Shown one piece after another: positions 57,239-64,000 of a stretch of DNA of 64,000 nucleotides. Made by a program: the position numbers and the translations under genes. Source of the stretch: a virus (lineage: Duplodnaviria > Caudoviricetes); IMG/VR virus record IMGVR_UViG_3300005512_000003; one strand, given 5' to 3'. The notes below the pieces were generated by a model that ran no database searches, was not told the origin of the DNA, and saw nothing but the letters and a program-made list of their open reading frames with translations. Positions within the stretch are counted from its first letter, which is position 1. Every line of letters starts with the position of its first letter.

Positions 57239-57284
57239 AACTGTCACACTGGGGTCTTCGGACCCCTTTTTCATGCCCTATAAT
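57239..57284 (+). promoter_or_regulatory. Early promoter cassette with an embedded terminator hairpin
   Basis: AACTGTCACA, GGGGTC-TTCG-GACCCC-TTTTT, TATAAT. Confidence 0.78.
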
Positions 57285-57310
57285 ACAGAGGTAATCAAGG
57301 GAAGGACCCC

Positions 57311-57766
57311 GTGACCGTCACTGCAACCCGCCAAGAGTTCAGCGAGTTCTGTGCTCAGCGTGATGCTCAGAACACCATTCAACTGAATGTTGTGAAATAT
57401 TGCTGGATGCTGTGTGATGCTCTGCGTCAGAACTACATTGAGTACAGCATCAAATCTCATGAGCGTTCTATTCTCAATGAGATCAACTCCGATTATCATC
57501 AGGCATGTATTGAAGATCTCAAGAATGGTCATTCCGATTATGACTTTACCTTTGAGTCTGGTCGTAAGTATCACAAGATCATCATGAACGCTAATGGTTC
57601 CCGTTCGGTTCATGCTTTCGTTGACAAGAAGACTGGTTCCGTGTATAAACCAGCCTCATTTAAAACTCCTGCCAAAGGTGTTCGCTTCAACCTCAACATT
57701 ATCAGTGAGCGTGAGTGGTTGTTTGAAAATGCAGACTGGGCAGGTGGATATCTTTACAAGCGTTGA
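57311..57766 (+). CDS. Cyanophage early hypothetical protein
   Basis: GRKYHKI....SVHAFVDKKTG.VYKPAS.K.PAKGVRFNL...ADWAGGYLY. Confidence 0.8.
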   Translation: MTVTATRQEFSEFCAQRDAQNTIQLNVVKYCWMLCDALRQNYIEYSIKSHERSILNEINSDYHQACIEDLKNGHSDYDFTFESGRKYHKIIMNANGSRSVHAFVDKKTGSVYKPASFKTPAKGVRFNLNIISEREWLFENADWAGGYLYKR

Positions 57767-57812
57767 GAGACGCCTCTGAGGCGCTCTCAGGAGCGTCTCT
57801 GACCCTTTCTAT

Positions 57813-58145
57813 GTGATTATGGCAACCTATCGTTTTCGTGTCTGGCAGAGTGGCAGTGCTCCCTATGAGGTCACTGGTAATGGAATGTCATGGGGATATG
57901 CAAGAGAGAATGTTGCTCGTAGAGAAGGAGTGGATGTTTCGGATGTAATGCCCATAAATGGTAATGCTCCGATTGATGATGATTCATCCAGTTCTGGTGG
58001 AAGTAGTGGATTTGATGCTATGGGAAGTATAATGCTGATAGGAGTAATCCTATTGTTTGGATTGATCATCACATACTGGAAATGGATACTGATTGGTGGT
58101 ATAATAGTAGGAATACTTTGGTGGTGGTGTAAGGACGAACTATGA
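57813..58145 (+). CDS. Hypothetical membrane protein
   Basis: Two C-terminal hydrophobic segments. Confidence 0.7.
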   Translation: MIMATYRFRVWQSGSAPYEVTGNGMSWGYARENVARREGVDVSDVMPINGNAPIDDDSSSSGGSSGFDAMGSIMLIGVILLFGLIITYWKWILIGGIIVGILWWWCKDEL

Positions 58146-58621
58146 AAGAGCATCCAAAATATAAAGGTATTTTTGTATGTCCTGATGGTAGGATCTTTAG
58201 TAACAAAAGAGGAAATCTACGACAGTTGAAACCACAAAAAACTGGATCTAATAAGAAATATAATAATGTTTATCTTTCCATATACGTTCAGTCAAGACCA
58301 AATAGAAAGTCTGTAAAAATACATAGATTAGTTGCGGAAACCTATATACCAAATCCAAACAATCTTCCAGTGGTTCATCATATCGATGAAAATAAGTTGA
58401 ATAATGATGTATCAAACTTGGAATGGGTTACACAACAACAAAATTGTGAACATACTAGATGTAAAAATAAATATTCGCTTATTGACACAAAAACTAATCT
58501 AGTGTATGAAATAACTAACATATCAAAGTTTGCTAAGGAAAATAATCTTGATATTTCTTCTTTGACGAAAGTTATAAGGGGGGAAAGAAAAATCTGTAAG
58601 GGGTTTGTATTAAATGTTTAA
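58142..58621 (+). CDS. HNH homing endonuclease (NUMOD4-HNH type)
   Basis: IHRLVAETYIPNPNNLPVVHHIDENKLNNDVSNLEWVTQQQN. Confidence 0.9.
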   Translation: MKEHPKYKGIFVCPDGRIFSNKRGNLRQLKPQKTGSNKKYNNVYLSIYVQSRPNRKSVKIHRLVAETYIPNPNNLPVVHHIDENKLNNDVSNLEWVTQQQNCEHTRCKNKYSLIDTKTNLVYEITNISKFAKENNLDISSLTKVIRGERKICKGFVLNV

Positions 58622-59480
58622 ACCGTTGCCGCTCTTCATCTGGGCAGGTGGTAAAAATAAGATGCTGAAGCACTATCTTCCTCTGATGCCCACAGAGGTT
58701 GATAGTTATTGCGAACCATTCTTTGGCGGTGGTGCAATGTTCATTCATGTTGTCAAGACATACAATCCATCACGATTGGTCATTAATGACATCAACGATG
58801 ATGTGATGAACATTTATCGTTCGATTGCACATGATTATGATGTATTCAAAGAGAGACTGAATGCTCTAGAGGACCATTATATTCCTCTGAAGAAAGAAGA
58901 TCGAAAGAAGTATTACTTTGAAGTGCGTCATGAACATGCATACGATTATGAGAAGTGGTCTAAACCAGTAGAAGCAGCAACTTTATACTTTTTGATGAAG
59001 ACGGGGTTCAACGGTATCTACCAGTTGAATCAAAACACAAATGGTAGGTATGGAACTCCGTCAGGACTTCTGAATCAAAAAGATGTCATTTATGATCGAA
59101 ATGTGTTAGACTGGTGGCATCAAGTTCTGCAGAAAACAGAGATTCTCTCTGGTGACTACAATAATGCAGTTCAAGATATAAAGACCTTTCACTTCTTCGA
59201 TCCACCATATCGTGACAGTTTTGCTGATTATGGAAATGGATTTGGTGATGATCAACTGTTGCGTCTGATTGCAATCTCAGATTTGCGTGAGAATGTATTT
59301 CTGTGCAATCGTGACAGTGGAGATGGATGGTTTGATGATAACAAAGGCGATCTAAATATCGCACGGTTTCCTGTAACTTATACAGCAGGAAGACGAAAGA
59401 AAACCGATGCAGGATTTGTAGCAAAACCAGCAACAGAAGTTCTGCTCTATCGTACACAACAACACAACCACTTTGATTGA
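58614..59480 (+). CDS. dam: DNA adenine methyltransferase (D12/Dam class)
   Basis: WAGGK, YCEPFFGGG, INDIN, GFNG, DPPY. Confidence 0.88.
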   Translation: MFKPLPLFIWAGGKNKMLKHYLPLMPTEVDSYCEPFFGGGAMFIHVVKTYNPSRLVINDINDDVMNIYRSIAHDYDVFKERLNALEDHYIPLKKEDRKKYYFEVRHEHAYDYEKWSKPVEAATLYFLMKTGFNGIYQLNQNTNGRYGTPSGLLNQKDVIYDRNVLDWWHQVLQKTEILSGDYNNAVQDIKTFHFFDPPYRDSFADYGNGFGDDQLLRLIAISDLRENVFLCNRDSGDGWFDDNKGDLNIARFPVTYTAGRRKKTDAGFVAKPATEVLLYRTQQHNHFD

Positions 59481-59907
59481 CATGTTTATTCCTGAAGAAG
59501 AATACCGAGACATCTTGAAAATCATGCCTGTTTTCTGCATGGATTTTCTGATCCGATGCAAAGGAGAGTTTCTATTGATTAAAAGAACTCAAGAACCTGT
59601 AAAAGGTGTCTATTGGGTGATTGGTGGAAGAATGAGGCATCAAGAGACTATGGAAGATCTTGCGATGAGAGTACAAACCAGAGAAGTTGGTCGTTATCTG
59701 GGTCTTGGAAAGACCATTGGGTTTTCTAACTATTTCTTCCCTGAGGTTGAAGGTGCTAGAGCTACTCATACTCCTACATTGCTTCAACTGATTGATGTAA
59801 CGGAAAAATTTGATCCTAAACTTGATGACACCAGTGCAGACTTCATCTGGAGTGATAAACTACCTGAAGAACTGGAGAAGCAGACTCTGTGGTTGTGCCA
59901 GTGGTAA
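59473..59907 (+). CDS. Nudix hydrolase, GDP-mannose mannosyl hydrolase-like
   Basis: IPEEEY..IL..MP..C.D.LI...LLIKR..EPVKG.YW.IGGR...ET....A.R...REVG. Confidence 0.75.
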   Translation: MIDMFIPEEEYRDILKIMPVFCMDFLIRCKGEFLLIKRTQEPVKGVYWVIGGRMRHQETMEDLAMRVQTREVGRYLGLGKTIGFSNYFFPEVEGARATHTPTLLQLIDVTEKFDPKLDDTSADFIWSDKLPEELEKQTLWLCQW

Positions 59908-59938
59908 TATCTAAATAATTTGAAAGAAACATAGACCA

Positions 59939-60142
59939 ATGAAAACCTTTGGGCACTTTCAAGAAGATATCCAACAACGTAGAGCGGCGATTGCTAAACA
60001 AAGAATGAAAGCAAATGCATCGGATACAGCAAACGCTGCTGAAGCAGAACGCCAAAGGGAAACTAATCGCAATGTCAACGCGATGAGTAAAAGAATCAAA
60101 GACCAAGCAAAAGATGAGTTGAAGAAAGAGTTGGGATTTTAG
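59939..60142 (+). CDS. Small late protein, possible internal head protein
   Basis: CTAAATA at ~59911; N-terminus MKTFGHFQE; charged helix. Confidence 0.6.
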   Translation: MKTFGHFQEDIQQRRAAIAKQRMKANASDTANAAEAERQRETNRNVNAMSKRIKDQAKDELKKELGF

Positions 60143-60163
60143 TGATTATTGGGCAGCATAAGT

Positions 60164-60226
60164 GATAAATACTGATGCTTATGTTTGGCGACTAGGCAGA
60201 GAGAGGGGCAGAAATGTCCCTCTCTT
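60164..60226 (+). ncRNA. Putative two-hairpin antisense RNA element 3 (homolog of element 1)
   Basis: GATAAATA, stem TGCTTA/TAGGCA with an 11-nt loop, hairpin AGAGAGGGGCA-GAAA-TGTCCCTCTCT; complementary to 60242..60256. Confidence 0.6.
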
Positions 60227-60257
60227 GTATAAATAACATCAGCCAAACATAAAGCAG

Positions 60258-60653
60258 ATGGAAGATGTATTTGCATCCTTAAGGGATGTTGTAGTTGATG
60301 AGAGCCGTTTTGTGCCAATTGAGGATGGATGGTCAGGTGATTGGATGTATTTTCAACCAGGTCATACGATAAACTTGGGAAGACCAACATCAGAACCACA
60401 AAAACAAAAAGCAAGAGAAAATGCACTCAAACGCAACGTAAATCAAAAGGGTGCTAATAATAGAAACGCAAAGACTTGGCGTGTTGTTTATATTGATGGG
60501 AGAGAGATTATCATAAAATCTATTCACGATTGGGCACAGAGGAATGGATACAGCAAGTCAGGCATTTACAATCTTAAAAACGGTTTATGGAAAAAGTACA
60601 AGGACCTTGTGGCAGTTGAGGAAGTGGCACAGGAGGCACCCACAGCACCCTGA
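60258..60653 (+). CDS. Homing-endonuclease-derived DNA-binding protein (NUMOD3/HTH-like, no visible nuclease domain)
   Basis: GRPTSEPQKQK...KGANN.NAKTW.V...G.EI.IKSI.DWA..NGY; no GIY-YIG or HNH motif. Confidence 0.6.
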   Translation: MEDVFASLRDVVVDESRFVPIEDGWSGDWMYFQPGHTINLGRPTSEPQKQKARENALKRNVNQKGANNRNAKTWRVVYIDGREIIIKSIHDWAQRNGYSKSGIYNLKNGLWKKYKDLVAVEEVAQEAPTAP

Positions 60654-60666
60654 AACCGTGTATATT
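60622..60666 (+). promoter_or_regulatory. Early promoter cassette
   Basis: TGTGGCAGTT-GAGG-AAGTGGCACA imperfect palindrome; TATATT 29 nt downstream. Confidence 0.7.
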
Positions 60667-60694
60667 AAGAGGGTCAAAGAAACACACCACACAA

Positions 60695-61123
60695 ATGGGA
60701 ACAAGGTCAAGAATCGGAATGGAACTTTCTGATGGCAGTATTCTCTCAATCTACTCACACTGGGACGGATATCCCTCTTGGTTGGGTCGGATTCTTGAAA
60801 CGCACTACAATACAAAGGAGAAAGTAGTAGACCTCATTGATGGCGGCGACATCTCTTGCGCTTGGTCAGATACTGACTGGAGTGGTAATGAGTGGAGTGA
60901 CTGCAAGTATAAGGCACTCACTTATGAACAACGCGGTGAAGATTGTCCTCCTCGTCTTGATGATTCTCTCAAGGATTATGCCAACAAAGACGCAGGTGAA
61001 GAGTATCACTATGTGTACCGTAAGGTTGCTGGTGAGTATACTTGGGTCTGCATTGACATGCATAGTTTTGAGGATAAGGATCCCGAGACCGTTAGTATCC
61101 CCAGTGGAGCACTTGCCTGCTGA
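60695..61123 (+). CDS. Phage early hypothetical protein
   Basis: MGTRSRIG...SIY.HWDGYP.WLG..L...LIDGGDIS...EEY.Y. Confidence 0.8.
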   Translation: MGTRSRIGMELSDGSILSIYSHWDGYPSWLGRILETHYNTKEKVVDLIDGGDISCAWSDTDWSGNEWSDCKYKALTYEQRGEDCPPRLDDSLKDYANKDAGEEYHYVYRKVAGEYTWVCIDMHSFEDKDPETVSIPSGALAC

Positions 61124-61198
61124 TGACTACTTTTATTGTCTGGGCATGTATTTGTGCTCTTCTCTTCATTTTTCTCAAAAACATTGCTACTTTCTGAA

Positions 61199-61447
61199 AT
61201 GACTCCTGAATTCTCTGGTGTGTTCCTGACTGTTAAAAATCACGGTGGGATGTATACGGTTTGCACTGAAGGTGAACTGTTTTATGCTCCAATGTATCGT
61301 GATGGAAGTGTAAACCTGGAAGAGTTTGACATTGTTGACTTCTGGGATTCTGAGGTTGATGCTGAAGAACTGGAGGGGATTCAGTCGGCACTGATTGATA
61401 TGATGCAACGTGCTGGTCTTTATTTCAAACAACCCCTGACAGTGTGA
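61199..61447 (+). CDS. Hypothetical protein
   Basis: ATG at 61199 within the 61136..61447 ORF; acidic. Confidence 0.65.
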   Translation: MTPEFSGVFLTVKNHGGMYTVCTEGELFYAPMYRDGSVNLEEFDIVDFWDSEVDAEELEGIQSALIDMMQRAGLYFKQPLTV

Positions 61448-61590
61448 TGATACCATTTACTAAAGAACAACTATTACTCATTGCTGAAGCAGTTGAGGAT
61501 TATGGTGTGTTGGTGGACGAAGACTCTGCTGACGAATGTGGTGAGATTCTTGATACTATTGAAGCATATCTTACAAACTATGAAGATTAG
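61447..61590 (+). CDS. Small acidic protein, paralog A (47 aa)
   Basis: MIPFTKEQLLLIAEAVEDYGVLVDEDSADECGEILDTIEAYL; paralog at 63088. Confidence 0.7.
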   Translation: MIPFTKEQLLLIAEAVEDYGVLVDEDSADECGEILDTIEAYLTNYED

Positions 61591-61738
61591 TGTGATATAA
61601 TGATAGAATCTCTTAACTTTCAGGGCAATGTTACCACCTTCATTGGCTTTGTTGGCGTGGGTGCCACGATTATTACTCTTGTGGTTGCTTTCCGTCGCTT
61701 TTTCCGCTACAGTTACAGCATTGACAGGATAACCAAAG

Positions 61739-61912
61739 ATGAATGAGATTGAAGTAAATCTGACTGCTGGAGAACTGAGGTATCTCATTGACATTATGTG
61801 GGCAACAACCAGACATGAATCTCAAGCATATGCTGTTCGGCATAACGTCAATGATGTAGAACTTGAGAAGAAACTTCAAATATCTCTGGGAATACTGTTG
61901 GCGGATGAATAG
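61739..61912 (+). CDS. Hypothetical protein (57 aa)
   Basis: MNEIEVNLTAGELRYLIDIMW... Confidence 0.55.
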   Translation: MNEIEVNLTAGELRYLIDIMWATTRHESQAYAVRHNVNDVELEKKLQISLGILLADE

Positions 61913-61966
61913 TAAAGAAAAACTCATCTTTATCACTTCTTTTGTTTGGTTTTTACATTGGGGCAC

Positions 61967-62443
61967 ATGTCTGAGTTCTCTCATCATGGATACGGTTATT
62001 CTAAAGAACTCTGTGAGGATGCTACCTCTTGGTTTTTGAGTACCTTTTTTCCGCGACACAAAATTGATCTTGTAATCATTCATCGTGGACTCAGACGTGA
62101 AAAAGTATGGGGATATTGTGACGTGGTTGATGAACGTAAACTGCCACGTCAGTTTATTATAGAGTTGTGTACTTATATGGATGAGGAGTTGTATATAAAA
62201 ACTCTTTTGCATGAACTGACCCATCTGGCACAATGGGTACGTGGTTCGCTGCGAGTTCGTTATGGAAAAATGTGTTATTCTAAAGAACCAGTGGAAAAGT
62301 GGGACTATTGGCATCAACCACATGAGATTGAGGCAAGAGAGGAAGAAGAAAGACTATATGAATGGTATCTGATTGATAAACAAGGTGTACCAGCTGGTAA
62401 GGTGTCCACTGGTCTACCCAACCGCCTCTGCGGTGCTGTATGA
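61967..62443 (+). CDS. Putative zinc metallopeptidase (HExxH)
   Basis: TLLHELTHLAQ...YWHQPHEIEA. Confidence 0.7.
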   Translation: MSEFSHHGYGYSKELCEDATSWFLSTFFPRHKIDLVIIHRGLRREKVWGYCDVVDERKLPRQFIIELCTYMDEELYIKTLLHELTHLAQWVRGSLRVRYGKMCYSKEPVEKWDYWHQPHEIEAREEEERLYEWYLIDKQGVPAGKVSTGLPNRLCGAV

Positions 62444-62470
62444 TTACAAAGTAATCGAGGGGCACCACCC

Positions 62471-62722
62471 ATGACCGTCCAAACCGTGAAGCACTCCTTC
62501 TACAAGATCGAGATCGACACCGTGGACGCTCCCCAGCACCCCATCGTATACTTCCGCAAGTGTGGCAAGTGTGCCACTGCTAAGGGCATGGATCGCCAGC
62601 ACAATCGCATCGTGAACGAGACTGTGGAGGCATGGCGTCAGTTTGAGGGTCAGATCCGTCGCTACACTGTCTCTCGTGTACCAGCTGACGTAGTGGTCGG
62701 TGGTGAGATCCGCAACGCCTGA
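62471..62722 (+). CDS. Early hypothetical protein
   Basis: Follows promoter cassette 62400..62444 and a GAGGGG RBS. Confidence 0.75.
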   Translation: MTVQTVKHSFYKIEIDTVDAPQHPIVYFRKCGKCATAKGMDRQHNRIVNETVEAWRQFEGQIRRYTVSRVPADVVVGGEIRNA

Positions 62723-62756
62723 TCCACCCTATACTAAACACATCAGCAAACGACCC

Positions 62757-62918
62757 ATGACCATCACCGAACGGAACCAACGACTCTACGAACTGCGTCA
62801 CAAGCTGTTAATGAAACGTGCCGAGGTTGAGATGGTTGAGCGTGAAATCTACGCTGTCCGTCAACAATACAAAGATGCACAGATGGGCGACCTTTACACT
62901 GCAATGTTTGGAGAATGA
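62757..62918 (+). CDS. Early hypothetical coiled-coil protein
   Basis: MTITERNQRLYELR...; follows TATACT at 62730. Confidence 0.7.
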   Translation: MTITERNQRLYELRHKLLMKRAEVEMVEREIYAVRQQYKDAQMGDLYTAMFGE

Positions 62919-63088
62919 TGATGATTACCAACAAAGCATACATGATCCGCATCATGAAAAATTGTGAGTATGCAGACACACTCACAAGAGAGGAAAAGTT
63001 TCAAGTATTCTGCAATGTGTGTGACAACATGCTCAAGGAAGGTAGAATGACCAAAGCAACTCACAAGCGTTTCACGGAGATCTGGTAA
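62915..63088 (+). CDS. Hypothetical protein (57 aa)
   Basis: LTREEKFQVFCNVCDNMLKEGRMTK...W; coupled overlaps. Confidence 0.7.
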   Translation: MMMITNKAYMIRIMKNCEYADTLTREEKFQVFCNVCDNMLKEGRMTKATHKRFTEIW

Positions 63089-63228
63089 TGTTTACTGAAC
63101 AACAAATAATGCTGATTGCTGATGCTGTAGAGGATTATGGTGTGCTGGTAGATGAAGAAACCTACGAAAAATGTGATGAGATTCTTGCCATCATCGATGC
63201 TTACATTCTAAACAAAAACAACCAATGA
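63088..63228 (+). CDS. Small acidic protein, paralog B (46 aa)
   Basis: MFTEQQIMLIADAVEDYGVLVDEETYEKCDEILAIIDAYI. Confidence 0.7.
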   Translation: MFTEQQIMLIADAVEDYGVLVDEETYEKCDEILAIIDAYILNKNNQ

Positions 63229-63413
63229 CCATGCAAATTTCTCAAGAACAACACGACCAACTGATCGAACTGATTGAAGACTCCGTTGAGTATTTTTGTG
63301 ATGAGAATATGCTCTCTGGGGAACTTGTTTATACCATCCTGGAGTGCCATGCACGCGCTAAGGTGTATGAGATGCAAGGAATCGTAACAGAGGACTCCTG
63401 GATGGACGCCTGA
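63225..63413 (+). CDS. Hypothetical protein
   Basis: ELIEDSVEYFCDENMLSGEL.Y..LEC. Confidence 0.75.
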   Translation: MTMQISQEQHDQLIELIEDSVEYFCDENMLSGELVYTILECHARAKVYEMQGIVTEDSWMDA

Positions 63414-63485
63414 GGGACTGTCCACTCTGCCCCCGAGTCTGCCCCACTCTGCCCTATACTATAGAAGTCGTCAAGGGAACAGCAC

Positions 63486-63719
63486 ATGCGAATGGTTCAC
63501 ACCGATCCCAAGGTTGAGATGATTGTTGACTTCAACTGGTGTCAGGACAGCGACCGTTTCATTCACAAAACTGTCCGTCTTGGTAGTGTTGAATCGCATT
63601 CTACTATCTCACGTTGGGATTGGGATCGTGAGATGACTCAACGTCTGGCAAGTGGTTGGAAAGTTGAGTTCTGGGATATGATTCAAACTAACCGTAATCC
63701 TATGTCTGGTGCTTGTTGA
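63486..63719 (+). CDS. Early hypothetical protein
   Basis: Follows promoter cassette 63416..63460. Confidence 0.7.
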   Translation: MRMVHTDPKVEMIVDFNWCQDSDRFIHKTVRLGSVESHSTISRWDWDREMTQRLASGWKVEFWDMIQTNRNPMSGAC

Positions 63720-63982
63720 TGTTATCTGAAGTCACAAATGATGATTGGATGAACTTCTGGGAAGGTCCAACTCCTCAAGATTTACCTACGATTCGCAAAC
63801 CACAAATGATTGAAGTTGAACAAGAATACATTGATGGAATGATCAAGCGTCTTGAAGATGCGATTGATGTGTGTTATACTGCACCTGAGAATCAAAAGGA
63901 GCAAGGTTATCCTTATGCCACAGGTTATTCCCGCTCTTGTATGATTGCTATTATGGAAATGCTCCAGGAGTTAAAAAAATGA
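63713..63982 (+). CDS. Hypothetical protein
   Basis: C-terminal GYPYATGYSRS motif; start uncertain. Confidence 0.6.
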   Translation: MLMLSEVTNDDWMNFWEGPTPQDLPTIRKPQMIEVEQEYIDGMIKRLEDAIDVCYTAPENQKEQGYPYATGYSRSCMIAIMEMLQELKK

Positions 63983-64000
63983 CGATTGAAGGACGCCCTT

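Noticed and set aside
113-63425. Numerous 60-220 aa minus-strand and alternate-frame ORFs in the track (e.g. 222..818, 10345..10872, 46585..47124, 61673..62323)
   Set aside because: They are shadows of well-supported genes on the opposite strand or frame and have no recognisable motifs.

Overview
This window is a 64-kb slice of a T4-like cyanophage (cyanomyovirus) genome. It has four parts. (1) About 1-20 kb is the conserved core: gp32 SSB, baseplate and tail genes (gp53, gp48, gp2-like, gp4, gp54, gp26, gp51, two long tape-measure/hub-like proteins, a gp27-like hub, gp5 and three paralogous followers) and the auxiliary metabolic gene cp12. (2) About 20.3-21.5 kb holds tRNA-Gly(TCC), tRNA-Leu(TAA) and small ORFs. 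(3) About 21.5-57 kb is a large late-promoter-driven set of tail fibre/spike/adhesin genes with a subtilisin protease. It is interrupted at 45-50 kb by an island with two GIY-YIG homing endonucleases flanking an SF2 helicase, an NblA-like ORF, a cupin and talC. (4) About 57-64 kb is an early-type region of short ORFs with an HNH endonuclease, an adenine methyltransferase and a Nudix hydrolase, punctuated by a fixed-spacing promoter motif. The best candidate for an undescribed system is a structured RNA element upstream of three homing-endonuclease-family genes: each carries, in a hairpin loop, a sequence antisense to its own gene's translation-initiation region, with a late promoter in between. 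Also notable are an open -1 slippery site joining gp26 to gp51 just before the tape-measure-like gene, and an endonuclease insertion that left an orphan helicase 5' end beside a recoded replacement. All calls come from reading motifs by eye; no searches were run.
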